Assembly: GCF_009914755.1 (NCBI RefSeq) | Contig: NC_060933.1 | DNA from: the human T2T-CHM13v2.0 reference genome, Homo sapiens | Length of the DNA: 64,000 nucleotides | Strand: one strand, 5' to 3' | In this document: positions 1 through 14,127 of the stretch, one piece after another | Numbering within the stretch: position 1 is the stretch's first letter | Layout: every line of letters starts with the position of its first letter | Made by a program: the position numbers and the translations under genes | The notes under the pieces: generated by a model | What the model saw: the letters and a program-made list of their open reading frames with translations, nothing else | The model's database searches: none | What the model was told of the DNA's origin: nothing

Positions 1-1429
1 TGGAATGGAATGGAATAAATCCGAGTGCAGGGGAATGGAATGGAATGGAATGCAATGGAATGGAATCATCCGGAATGGAATGGAATGGAATGGAATGGAA
101 TGGAATGGAATGGAATGGAATCAACTGGATTTCAATGGAATGGAATGGAATAGAATGGAATGGAATTAACACGAATAGAATGGAATGGAATGGAATGAAA
201 TGGAACAGAAAGGAATGGAATGGAATGGAATGGAATCAACCCAAGTTCAGGGGAATGGAATGGAATGGAATTCTATGGAATGGAATCATTAGAATGGAAT
301 GGAATGGAATGGAATGGAATGGAATGGAATGGAATGGAATCAACCCGAGTGCAATGGAATGGAGAGGAATGGATTGGAATGGAATGGAAACTACCCGATT
401 GGAATGGAATGTAATGGAGTGTAAGGGAATTGAATAGAATGAATCCGAATGGAATGGAATGGAATGGAACGGAATGGAACGGAATGCAATGGAATGGAAT
501 GGAATGGAATGGAATGGAATGGAATGGAATGGTATGGAATAGTATGGAATGGAATGGAATGGTACGGAATAGAATGGAAAGGAAAGAATTGGAATGGAAT
601 GGAATCGAATGGAATGGAATGGAATGGAATGGAATCAACCCGAGTGCAGGGGAATGTAATGGAACGGAATACAATGGAATGGAATCATCCGGAATGGAAT
701 GGAAAGGAATGGAATGGAATGGAATGCAATGGAATGGAATGGAATGGAATCAACTCGATTGCAATCGAATGGAATGGAATGGAATTAACCCGAATAGAAT
801 GGAATGGAATGGAATGGAACGGAACGGAATTGAATGGAATGGAATGGAATGGAACGGAAAGGAATGGAATGGAATGGAATGGAAAGGAATGGAATGGAAT
901 CAACGCGAGTGCAAGGGAATGGAATGGAATCGAATAGAATGGAATGGAATGGAATTAACCCGAATAGAATGGAATGGAATGGAATGGAACGGAACGGAAT
1001 TGAATGGAATGGAATGGAATGGAACGGAAAGGAAAGGAATGGAATGGAATGGAATGGAATGGAATGGAATGGAATGGAATCAACTCGATTGCAATCGAAT
1101 GGAATGGAATGGAATTAACCCGAATAGAATGGAATGGAATGGAATGGAATGGAACGGAACGGAATGGAATGGAATGGAATGGAATGGAATGGAATGCAAT
1201 GGAATGGAATCATCAGTAATGGAATGGAAAGGAATGGAATGGAATGGAATTGAATGGAATGAAATCGATTGCAATCGAATGCAATGGAATGGAATTAACC
1301 CGAATAGAGTGGAATGGAATGGAATGGAATAGAACGAAACGGAATGGAATGGAATGGAATGGAATGGAAAGGAACGGAACGGAAAGGAACGGAACGGAAT
1401 GGAATGGAATGGAATGGAATGGAATGCAA

Positions 1430-2330
1430 TGGAATCAACACGAGTGCAGGGGAATGGAATGGAATGGAATGCAATGGAATGGAATCTTCCGGAATGGAAT
1501 GGAATGGAATGGAATGGAATGGAATTGAATGCAGTGGATTCAACTCGATTGCAATGGAATGGAATAGAATGGAATGGAATGGAATGGAATGGAATGGAGT
1601 TAACACTAATAGAATGGAATGGAATGGAATGGAACGGAACGGAATGGAATGGAATGGAATGGAATGGAATGGAATGGTATGGAATGGAATGGAATGGTAC
1701 GGAATAGAATGGAATGGAACGAATTGGGATGGAATGGAATCGAATGGAATGGAATGGAATGGAATGGAATCAACGCGAGTGCAGGGGAATGTAATAGAAC
1801 GGAATGCAATGGAATGGAATCATCCGGAATGGAATGGAATGGAATGGAATGGAATGGAATCAACCCGAGTGCAATGGAATGGAGTGGAATGGAATGGAAT
1901 GGAATGGAACAACCCGAATGGAATGGAAAGTAATGGAGAGTAAGGGAGTTGAATAGAATCAATCCGAATGGAATGGAATGGAATGGAACGGAATGGAATG
2001 GAATGGAATGGAATGGAATGCAATGGAATGGAATCAACCCGAGTATAATGGAATGGAATGGAATGGAATGGAATGGAATGGAATTGAATGGAATGGAATG
2101 GCTTCAAACCGAATGGAATGGAAAGGAATGGAATCAAGACGAGTGGAATGGAATGGAATGGAATGGAATGGAATGGAATGGAATGGTACGGAATAGAATG
2201 GAATGGAACGAAATGGAATGGAATGGAATGGAATGGAATCGTTCCGAGTGGAATAGGAGGGAATGTAATCGAGTGGAATGGAAAGGAATGGAATCAACCA
2301 GAGTGGAATGGAAAGGAATGGAATGGAATG
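1430..2330 (+). repeat. Block duplicated at +3042 (about 4470-5370)
   Basis: ORF pairs 1606/4648, 1949/4991, 2034/5076, 2088/5130. Rare markers: GCAGTGGATT, TAACACTAAT (1601/4643), GTAATAGAAC, GGCTTCAAACC, CAAGACGAGT. Confidence 0.82.
1481..1495. promoter_or_regulatory. Canonical heat-shock element match (first of ~48)
   Basis: gGAAt-cTTCc-gGAAt equals nGAAn-nTTCn-nGAAn. This is a motif match only; occupancy is not shown. Confidence 0.55.
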
Positions 2331-2450
2331 GAATGGAATGGAATGGAATGGAATGGAATGGAATGGAATGGAATCGTTCCGAGTGGAATAGGAGGGAATG
2401 TATTCGAGTGGAATGGAAAGGAGTGGAATCAACCAGAGTGGAATGGAAGG
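2235..2450 (+). repeat. Local 135-bp-period tandem duplication of the CGTTCCGAGTGGAATAGGAGGG cassette
   Basis: Cassette starts at 2240 and 2375; the paralogous block has a single copy at 5282. Confidence 0.8.
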
Positions 2451-5400
2451 GAATGGAATGGAATGGAAACTAATAGAATGGAATCAACCCGAGTGGAATG
2501 GAATGCAAAGGAATGGAATGGAATGGAATGGAATGGAATGGAATCAACTCGATTGTAATGGAATGGAATGGAATGGAATGGAATGGAATGGAGTGGAATG
2601 GAATTAACCCGAATACAATGGAATGGAATGGAATGGAACGGAATGGAGTGGAATGGAATTGAATCAACCCGAGGGCAGGGGAATGGAATGGAATGGAATG
2701 CAATGGAATGGAATCATCCGGAATGGAATGGAATGGAATGGAATGCAATGCAATGGAATCAACTCGATTGCAATGGAATGGAATGGAAAGGAATAGAATG
2801 GAATCAACCCGAGTGGAATGGAATGGAAAGGACTGGAATGGAATGGAATGGAATGGAATCAACTCGATTGTAATGGAATGGAATGGAATGGAATGGAATG
2901 GAATTAACCCGAATAGAATGGAATGGAATGGAATGGAACGGAATGGAATAGAATGGAATGGAATGGAATGGAATGGAAAGGAATCAACCCGAGTGCAGGG
3001 GAATGGAATGGAATGGAATGCAATGGAATGGAATCATCTGGAACGGAATGGAATGGAATGGAATGGAATCAACTCGATTGCAATGGAATGGAATGGAATG
3101 AAATGGAATGGAATGGAATGGAATGGAATGGAATGGAATGGAATGGAATGGAATGGAATGGAATGGAATTCACCCGAATAGAATGGAATGGAATGGAATG
3201 GAATGGAATGGAATGGAAAGGAATGGAAGGGGAGGGAATGGAATGTAATCAACCCGAGTGCAGGGGAATGGAATGGAATGGAATGCAATGGAATGGAATC
3301 ATCTGGAATGGAATGGAATGGAATGGAATGGAATTGAATGGAATGGAATGGAATGGAATGGAATCAACCCGATGCAATGGAATGGAGTGGAATGGAATGG
3401 AATGGAATGGAAACATCCCGAATGGAATGGAATGTAATGGAGTGTAAGGGAATTGAATAGAATCAATCCGAATGTAATGGAATGGAATGGAATGAAATCG
3501 AATGGAATGGAATGGAATGGAATCAACCCGAGTGTAATGGCATGGAATGGAATGGAATGGAATGGGATGGAATGGAATGGTACGGAATAGAATGGAATGG
3601 AATGGAATGGAATGGAATGGAATGAACCCGTGTGCAATGTAATGGAATGGAACGGAATGGAATGGATTCAACTCGAAAGGAATCAACTCGATTGCAAAGG
3701 AATGGAATGGAATGGAAAGGAATAGAATGGAAACAACCCGGGTGGAATGGAATGGAAAGGACAGGAATGGAGTGGAATGGAATGGAAAGGTATTTAATCA
3801 AATCGATTGGAATGGAATGGAATGGAATGGAATGGAATGGAATCAACTCTATTGCAATGGAATGGAATGGAATGGAATGGAATGGAATGGAATGGAATGG
3901 AATGGAATTAACCCGAATAGAATGGAATGGAATGGAGTGGAACGGAATGTAATGGAATGGAATGGAATCAACCCGAGTGCAGGGGAATGGAATCGAATGG
4001 AATGCGATGGAATGGAATCATCCGGAATGGAATGGAATGGAATGGAATGGAATGGAATGGAATGGAATCAACTCGATTTCAATGGAATGGAATGGAATAT
4101 AATGGAATGGAATTAACACGAATAGAAAGGAATGGAATGGAATGGAATGGAACGGAAAGAATGGAGTGGAATGGAATGGAATTAACCCGAGTGCAGGGTA
4201 ATGGAATGGAATGGAATGCAATGGAATGGAATCATAGGTAATGGAATGGAAAGGAATGGAATGGAATGGAATGGAATGGAATGGAATGGAATCAACTCGA
4301 TTGTAATCGAATGGAATGGAATGGAATTAACCCGAATAGAATGGAATGAAATGGAATGGAACGGAACGGAATTGAATGGAATGGAATGGAATGGAATGGA
4401 ACGGAACGGAAAGGAATGGAATGGAATGGAATGGAATGGAATGGAATGGAATGGAATGGAATGGAATCAACGCGAGTGCAGGGGAATGGAATGGAATGGA
4501 ATGCAATGGAATGGAATCTTCCGGAATGGAATGGAATGGAATGGAATGGAATGGAATGGAATGGAATGCAGTGGATTCAACTCGATTGCAATGGAATGGA
4601 ATAGAATGGAATGGAATGGAATGGAATGGAATGGAATGGAATTAACACTAATAGAATGGAATGGAATGGAATGGAACGGAATGGAATGGAATGGAACGGA
4701 ATGGAATGGAATGGAATGGTATGGAATGGAATGGAATGGTACGGAATAGAATGGAATGGAACGAATTGGAATGGAATGGAATGGAATGGAATGGAATGGA
4801 ATGGAATGGAATCAACGCGAGTGCAGGGGAATGTAATAGAACGGAATGCAATGGAATGGAATCATCCGGAATGGAATGGAATGGAATGGAATGGAATGGA
4901 ATCAACCCGAGTGCAATGGAATGGAGTGGAATGGAATGGAATTGAATGGAACAACCCGAAAGGAATGGAAAGTAATGGAGATTAAGGCAGTTGAATAGAA
5001 TGAATCCGAATGGAATGGAATGGAATGGAACGGAATGGAATGGAATGGAATGGAATGGAATGCAATGGAATGGAATCAACCCGAGTACAATGGAATGGAA
5101 TGGAATGGAATGGAATGGAATGGAATTGAATGGAATGGAATGGCTTCAAACCGAATGGAATGGAAAGGAATGGAATCAAGACGAGTGGAATGGAATGGAA
5201 TGGAATGGAATGGAATGGAATGGAATGGTACGGAATAGAATGGAATGGAACGAAATGGAATGGAATTGAATGGAATGGAATCGTTCCGAGTGGAATAGGA
5301 GGGAATGTATTCGAGTGGAATGGAAAGGAATGGAATCAACCAGAGTGGAATGGAAAGGAATGGAATGGAATGGAATGGAATGGAATGGAATGGAATCAAC

Positions 5401-7380
5401 TCAATTGTAATGGAATGGAATGGAATGGAATGGAATGGAATGGAATGGAATGGAATTAACCCGAATACAATGGAATGGAATGGAATGGAACGGAATGGAG
5501 TGAAATGGAATGGAATCAACCCGAGTGCAGGGGAATGTAACGGAACGGAATGCAATGGAATGGAATCATCCGGAATGGAATGGAATGGAATGGAATGCAA
5601 TGGAATGGAATCAACCCGAGTGCAATGGAATGGAGTGGAATGGAATGGAATGGAATGGAACAACCAGAATGGAATGTAATGTAATGGAGTGTAAGGGAGT
5701 TGAATAGAATCAATCCGAATGTAATGGAATGGAATGGAACGGAATGGAATGGAATGGAATGGAATGGAATGCAATGGAATGGAATCAACCGGAGTACAAA
5801 GGATTGGAATGGAATGGAATGGAATGGAATGGAATGCAATGGAATGGAATCAACCCGAGTGCAATGGAATGGAGAGGAATGGAATGCAATGGAATGGAAA
5901 CTACCTGAAAGGAATGGAATGTAATGAAGTGTAAGGGAATTCAATAGAATCAATCCGAATGTAATGGAATGGAATGGAACGGAATGGAATGGAATGGAAT
6001 GGAATTCAATGGAATGGAATCAACCCGAGTGCAATCGAATGGAATCGAATTGAATGGAATGCAATGGAATGGATTCAACTTGAATGGAATGGAAAGAATG
6101 GAATCAACACGAGCGGAATGGCATGGATTGGAATGAAATGGAATGGAATCAACCCGAGTACAGGGGAATGGAATGGAATGGAATGCAATAGAATGGAATC
6201 ATCAGTAATGGAATGGAAAGGAATGGAATGGAATGGAATTGAATGGAATGAAATCGATTGCAATCGAATGGAATGGAATGGAATTAACCCGAATAGAATG
6301 GAATGGAATGGAATGGAATGGAACGGAACGGAACGGAACGGAATGGAATGGAATGGAATGGAATGGAATGGAATGGAATGGAATCAACGTGTGTGCAGGG
6401 GAATGGAATGGAATGGAATGCAATGGAATGGAATCTTCCAGAATGGAATGGAATGGAATTAAATGGAATGGAATGGAATGCAATGGATTCAACTCGATTG
6501 CAATGGAATGGAATAGAATGGAATGAATGGAATGGAATTAACCCTAATAGAATGGAATGGAATGGAATGGAATGGAATTAACCCTAATAGAATGGAATGG
6601 AATGGAATGGAACGGAATGGAACGGAACGGAATGGAATGGAATGGAATGGAATGGAGTGGAATGGTATGGAATGGAATGGAATGGTACGGAATAGAATGG
6701 AATGGGACGAATTGGAATGGAATGGAATGGAACGGAATGGAATGGAATGGAATGGAGTGGAATGGAATCAACCCGAGTGCAATTGAATGGAATCGAATGG
6801 AATGGAATGCAATGGAATGGATTCAACTTGAATGGAAAGGAAAGAATGGAATCAACACGAGTGGAATGGCATGGATTGGAATGGAATGGAATGGAATCAA
6901 CCTGAGAACAGGGGAATGGAATGGAATGGAATGCAATGGAATGGAATCATCCGTAATGGAATGGAAACGAATGGAATGGAATGGAATGGAATGGAATGGA
7001 ATGGAATGGAATGGAATCAACTCGATTGCAATCGAATGGAATGGAATGGAATTAACCCGAATAGAATGGAATGGAATGGAATGGAACGGAACGGAATGGA
7101 ATGGAATGGAATGGAATGGAATGGAAAGGAATGGAATGGAATGGAATGGAATGGAATGGAATGGAATGGAATCAACGCGAGTGCAGGGGAATGGAATGGA
7201 ATCGAATGGAATGGAATGGATTGGAATGGAATCAACCCGAGTGCAGGGGAATGTAATGCAACAGAATGCAATGGAATGGAATCATCCGGAATGGAATGGA
7301 ATGGAATGGAATGGAATCAACCCGAGTGCAATGGAATGGAGTGGAATGGAATGGAATGGACTGGAACAACCCGAATGGAA

Positions 7381-7690
7381 TGGAATGTAATGGAGAGTAA
7401 GGGAGTTGAAAAGAATCAATCCGAATGTAATGGAATGGAATGGAACGGAATGGAATGGAATGGAATGGAATGGAATGGAATGGAATGCAATGGAATGCAA
7501 TCAAACCGAGTACAATGGAATGGAATGGAATGGAATGGAATGTAATGGAGAGTAAGGGAGTTGAAAAGAATCAATCCGAATGTAATGGAATGGAATGGAA
7601 CGGAATGGAATGGAATGGAATGGAATGGAATGGAATGGAATGCAATGGAATGCAATCAAACCGAGTACAATGGAATGGAATGGAATGGAA
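7381..7690 (+). repeat. Local 155-bp tandem duplication
   Basis: TGTAATGGAGAGTAAGGGAGTTGAAAAGAATC at 7386 and 7541; GCAATCAAACCGAGTACA present twice; ORFs 7440/7595. Confidence 0.88.
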
Positions 7691-8420
7691 TGGAATGGAA
7701 TGGAATGGAATGGAATGGAATGCAATGGAATGGAATGGAATGGAATGGAATGGAATGGAATGCAATGGAATGGAATGGAATGGAATGGAATGGAATGGAA
7801 TGGAATGCAATGGAATGGAATCTTCCGGAATGGAATGGAATGGAATGGAATGGAATGGAATGGAATGCAATGGATTCAACTCGATTGCAATGGAATGGAA
7901 TAGAATGGAATGGAATGGAATGGAATGGAATGGAATTAAACCGAATAGAATGGAATGGAATGGAATGGAACGGAACGGAACGGAACGGAGTGGAATGGAA
8001 TGGAATGGAATTGTATGGAATGGAATGGAATGGTACGGAATAGAATGGAATGGAAAGAATTGGAATGGAATGGAATGGAATGGAATGGAATGGAATGGAA
8101 TGGAATGGAATCAACGCGAGTGCAGGGGAATGTAATGGAACGGAATGCAATGGAATGGAATCATCCGGAATGGAATGCAATGGAATGCAATGCAATGGAA
8201 TGGAATGGAATGGAATCAACCCGAGTGCAATGGAATGGAGTGGAGTGGAATGGAATGGAATGGAACAACCCGAATGGAATGGAGTGTAATGGAGAGTAAG
8301 GGAGTTGAATAGAATCAATCCGAATGTAATGGAATAGAACGGAATGGAATGGAATGGAATGGAATGGAATGGAATGGAATGGAATGGAATGCAATGGAAT
8401 GGAATCAACCCGAGTACAAT

Positions 8421-8450
8421 GTAATGTAATGTAATGTAATGTAATGTAAT
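8421..8450 (+). repeat. (GTAAT)6 variant-pentamer tract
   Basis: gtaatgtaat x3, in register with the flanking GGAAT. Confidence 0.9.
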
Positions 8451-11269
8451 GGAATGTAATGGAATGCAATGGAATGGAATGGAATGGAATCAACCCGAGT
8501 GCAATGGAATGGAGAGGAATGGAATGGAATGGAATGGAAACTACCCGAATGGAATGGAATGTAATGGAGTGTAAGGGAATTGAATAGAATCAATCCGAAT
8601 GGAATGGAATGGAATGGAACGGAATGTAATGGAATGGAATGGAATGGAATCAACGCGAGTGCAGGGGAATGGAATGGAATGGAATGCAATGGAATGGAAT
8701 CATCCGGAATGGAATGGAATGGAATGCAATGGAATGGAATTGAATGGAATCAACCCGAGTGCAATGGAATGGAGTGAAATGGAATGGAATGGAATGGAAA
8801 CAACCAGAATGGATTGGAATATAATGGAGTGTAAGGGAATTGAATAGAATCAATCTGAATGTAATGAAATGGAATGGAACGGAACGGAATGGAATGGAAT
8901 GGAATGGAATGGAATGGAATGGAATGCAATGGAATGGAATCAACCCGAGTGAAATCGAATGGAATAGAATGGAATGGAATGCAATGGAATGGATTCAACT
9001 TGAATGGAATGGAAAGAATGGAATCAACACGAGTGGAATGGCATGGATTGGAATGGAATGGAATGGAATCAACCCGAGTACAGGGGAATGGAATGGAATG
9101 GAATGCAATGGAATGGAATCATCCGTAATGGAATGGAAAGGAATGGAATGGAATGGAATGGAATGGAATGGAATGGAATGGAATGGAATCAACTCGATTG
9201 CAATCGAATGGAATGGAATGGAATTAACCCGAATAAAATGGAATGGAATGGAATGGAACGGAACGGAATGGAATGGAATGGAATGGAATGGAATGGAAAG
9301 GAAGGGAATGGAATGGAATAGAAGGGAATGGAATGGAATCAACGCTAGTGCAGGGGAATGGAATGGAATGGAATGCAATGGAATGGAATCTTCCGGAATG
9401 GAATGGAATGGAATGGAATGGAATGGAATAAACCCGAGTGCAATGGAATGGAGTGGAATGGAATGGAATGGAATGGAAACTACCCGAATGGAATGGAATG
9501 TAATGGAGTGTAAGGGAATTGAATAGAATCAATCCGAATGTAATGGAATGGAATGGAGCGGAATGGAATGGAATGGAACGAAATGGAATGGAATGAAATG
9601 CAATGGAATGGAATCAACCCGAGTGCAATCGAATGGAATCGAATGGAATGGAATGCAATGGAATGGATTCAACTTGAATGGAATGGAAAGAATGGAATCA
9701 ACACGAGTGGAATGGCATGGATTGGAATGGAATGGAATGGAATCAACCCGAGTACAGGGGAATGGAATGGAATGGAATGCAATGGAATGGAATCATCCGT
9801 AATGGAATGGAAAGGAATGGAATGGAATGGAATGGAATGGAATGGAATGGAATGGAATGGAATGGAATGGAATGGAATCAACTCGATTGCAATCGAATGG
9901 AATGGAATGGAATTAATCCGAATACAATGGAATGGAATGGAATGGAACGGAACGGAATGGAATGGAATGGAATGGAATGGAACGGAACGGAATGGAATGG
10001 AATGGAATGGAATGGAATGGAATGGAATCAACGCGAGTGAAGGGGAATGGAATGGAATGGAATGCAATGGAATGGAATCTTCCGGAATGGAATGGAATGG
10101 AATGGAATGGAATGAAATGCAATGGATTCAACTCGATTGCAATGGAATGGAATAGAATGGAATGGAATGGAATGGAAGGGAATTAATCCGAATAGAAAGG
10201 AATGGAATGGAATGGAACGGAATGGAACGGAATGGAATGGAATGGAAAGGAATGGTATGGAATGGAATGGAATTTTATGGAATAGAATGGAATGGAACGA
10301 ATTGTAATGGAATGGAATTGAATGGAATGGAATGGAATGGAATGGAATCAACGCGAGTGCATGGGAATGTAATGGAACGGAATGCAATGGAATGGAATCA
10401 TCCGGAATGGAATGGAATGGAATGGAATCAACACGAGTGCAATGGAATGGAGTGGAATGTAATGGAATGGAATGGAACAACCCGAATGGAATGGAATGTA
10501 ATGGAGAGTAAGGGAGTTGAATAGAATCAATCCGAATGTAATGGAATGGAATGCAACGGAATGGAATGGAATGAAATGGAATGGAATGCCATGGAAAGGA
10601 ATCAACCCGAGTACAATGGAATGGAATGGAATGGAATGGAATGGAATGGAATGGAAAGATACGGAATAGATTGGAATGCAACGAAATGGAATGGAATGGA
10701 ATGGAATGGAATGGAATGGAATGGAATGGAATGGAATGGAATCGTTCCGAGTGGAATAGGAGGGAATGTATTCGAGTGGAATGGAAAGGAATGGAATCAA
10801 CCAGAGTGCAATGGGAGGGAATGGAATGGAATGCAAACTAATAGAATGGAATCAACCCGAGTGGAATGGAATGGAAAGGACTGGAATGGAATGGAATGTA
10901 ATGGAATCAACTCGATTGTAATGGAATGGAATGGAATGGAATGGAATGGAATGGAATGGAATGGAATTAACCCGAATACAATGGAATGGAATGGAATGGA
11001 ACGGAATGGAGTGGAATGGAATGGAATCAACCCGAGTGCAGGGGAATGGAATGGAATTGAATGCATTGGAATGGAATCATCCGGAATGGAATGGAATGGA
11101 ATGGAATGCAAAGCAATGGAATCAACTCGATTGCAATGGAATGGAATGGAATGGAAAGGAATACATTGGAATCAACCCGAGTGGAATGGAATGGAAAGGA
11201 CTGGAATGGAGTGGAATGGAATGGAATGGAATGGAATCAACTCGATTGGAATGGAATGGAATGGAATGG

Positions 11270-14127
11270 AATTAAACCGAATAGAATGGAATGGAATGGA
11301 ATGGAATGGAACGGAACGGAATGGAATGGAATGGAATGGAATGGAATGGAATCAACCCGACTGCAGGGGAATGGAATGGAATAGAATGGAATGGAATGGA
11401 ATGGAATCATCCGGAACGGAATGGAATGGAATGGAATGGAATCAACTCGATTGCAATGGAATGGAATGGAATGGAATGGAATCGAATGGAATGGAATGGA
11501 ATTAACCGGAATAGAATGGAATGGAATGGAATGGAACGGAATGGAATGGAATGGAATGCAATGGAATGGAATCAACCCGAGTGCAGGGGAATGGAATGGA
11601 ATGGAATGCAATGGAATGGAATCATCCGTAATGGAATGGAAAGGAATGGAATGGAATGGAATGGAATGGAATGGAATGGAATCAACGCGAGTGCAGGGGA
11701 ATGGAATGGAATGGAATGGAATGAAATGGAATGGAATGTTCCGGAATGGAATGGAATGGAATGGAATGGAATGGAATGGAATGGAATCAACCCGAGTGCA
11801 ATGGAATGGAGTGGAATGGAATGGAATGGAATGGAACAACCCGAATGGAATGGAATGTAATGGAGAGTAAGGGAGTTGAATAGAATCAATCCGAATGTAA
11901 TGGAATGGAATGGAACGGAATGGAATTGAATGGAATGGAATGGAATGCAAGGGAATGGAATCAACCCGAGTGCAATGGAATGGAGAGGAATGGAATGGAA
12001 TGGAATGGAAACTACCCGAATGGAATGGAATGTAATGGAGTGTAAGGGAATTGAATAGAATCAATCGGAATGTAATGGACTGGAATGGAACGGAATGTAA
12101 TGGAATGGAATGGAATGGAATGGAATGCAATGGAATGGAATCAACCCGAGTGCAGTCGAATGGAATCGAATGGAATGGAATGCAATGGAATGGATTCAAC
12201 TTGAATGGAATGGAAAGAATGGCATCAACACGAGTGGAATGGCATGGATTGGAATGGAATGGAATGGAATCAACCAGAGTACAGGGGAATGGAATGGAAT
12301 GGAATGCAATGGAATGGAATCATCCGTAATGGAATGGAAAGGAATGGAATGGAATGGTATGGAATGGAATGGAATGGTACGGAATAGAATGGAATGGAAC
12401 GAATTGTAATAGAATGGAATTGAATGGAATGGAATGGAATCAACGCGAGTGCAGGGGAATGTAATGGAACGGAATGCAATGGAATGGAATCATCCGGAAT
12501 GGAATGGAATGGAATGGAATGGAATGGAATGGAATAAACCCGAGTGCAATGGAATGGAGTGGAATGGAAACAACCAGAATGGATTGGAATCTAATGGAGT
12601 GTAAGGTAATTGAATAGAATCAATCTGAATGTAATGAAATGGAATGGAACCGAATGGAATGGAATGGAATGGAATGGAATGGAATGCAATGGAATGGAAT
12701 CAACCCTAGTACAATGGAATGGAATGGAATGGAATGGAATGGCATGGAATGGAATGCAATGGAATGGAATCTTCCGGAATGGAATGGAATGGAATGGAAT
12801 GGAATGGAATGCAATGGATTCAACTCGATTGCAATGGAATGGGATAGAATGGAATGGAATGGAAAGGAATGGAATTAAACCGAATAGAATGGAATGGAAT
12901 GGAATGGAACGGAACGGAACGGAGTGGAATGGAATGGAATGGAATTGTATGGAATGGAATGGAATGGTACGGAATAGAATGGAATGGAAAGAATTGGAAT
13001 AGAATGGAATCGAATCGAATGGAATGGAATGGAATGGAATCAACACGAGTGCAGGGGAATGTAATGGAACGGAATGCAATGGAATGGAATCATCCGAAAT
13101 GGAATGGAATGGAATGGAATGGAATGGAATGGAATGGAATGGAATCAACCCGAGTGCAATGGAATGGAGTGAAATGGAATGGAATGGAATGGAACAACCC
13201 GAATGGAATGGAATGTAATGGAGAGTAAGGGAGTTGAATAGAATCAATCCGAATGTAATGGAATGGAACGGAATGGAATGGAATGGAATGGAATGGAATG
13301 CAATATAATGGAATCAACCCGAGTGCAATCGAATGGAATCGAATGGAATGGAATGCAATGGAATGGATTCAACTTGAATGGAAAGTAAAGAATGGAATCA
13401 ACACGAGTGGAATGGCATGGATTGGAATGGAATGGAATGGAATCAACCCGAGTACAGGGGAATGGAATGGAATGGAATGCAATGGAATGGAATCATCCGT
13501 AATGGAATGGAAAGGAATGGAATGGAATGGAATGGAATGGAATGGAATGGAATGGAATCAACTCGATTGCAATCGAATGGAATGGAATGGAATTAACCCG
13601 AATAGAATGGAATGGAATGGAATGCAACGGAACGGAATGGAATGGAATGGAATGGAATGGAATGGAACGGAAAGGAAGGGAATGGAATGGAATAGAATGG
13701 AATGGAATGGAATCAACGCGAGTGCAGGGGAATGGAATGGAATGGAATGGAATGCAATGGAATGGAATGTTCCGGAATGGAATGGAATGGAATGGAATGG
13801 AATGGAATGGAATGGAATCAACCCGAGTGCAATGGAATGGAGTGGAATGGAATGGAATGGAATGGAACAACCCGAATGGAATGGAATGTAATGGAGAGTA
13901 AGGGAGTTGAATAGAATCAATCCGAATGTAATGGAATGGAATGGAACGGAATGGAATTGAATGGAATGGAATGGAATGCAATGGAATGGAATGCATCCGA
14001 GTGCAATGGAATGGAGAGGAATGGAATGGAATGGAATGGAAACTACCCGAATGGAATGGAATGTAATGGAGTGTAAGGGAATTGAATAGAATCAATCGGA
14101 ATGTAATGGACTGGAATGGAACTGAAT
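11270..14127 (+). repeat. ~2.85-kb block duplicated at 24447-27009 (copy 1)
   Basis: ORF pairs 11291/24468, 11572/24749, 12051/25228 (13177), then 13283/26170 (12887) and 13702/26584 (12882). Markers: GTTCCGG, CAATCGGAAT, GCAGTCGAAT, GGCATCAACA, GGAAAGTAAAG. Confidence 0.85.

Noticed and set aside
1487-1494. TTCCGGAA as a STAT GAS site
   Set aside because: The spacer is 2 bp (TTC-N2-GAA) rather than the canonical 3-4 bp; the geometry fits an HSE.
1940-1950. TAAGGG/GTAAGGGAG as telomere-like repeats or G-quadruplex
   Set aside because: These are isolated single copies with no TTAGGG tandem, and there are never four G3 runs close together.
2395-2400. AGGAGGGAATG resembling a Shine-Dalgarno site plus start codon (ORFs starting MYSSG)
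   Set aside because: It is an in-register pentamer variant in eukaryotic satellite DNA, the spacing to ATG is too short, and the downstream ORF is low-complexity.
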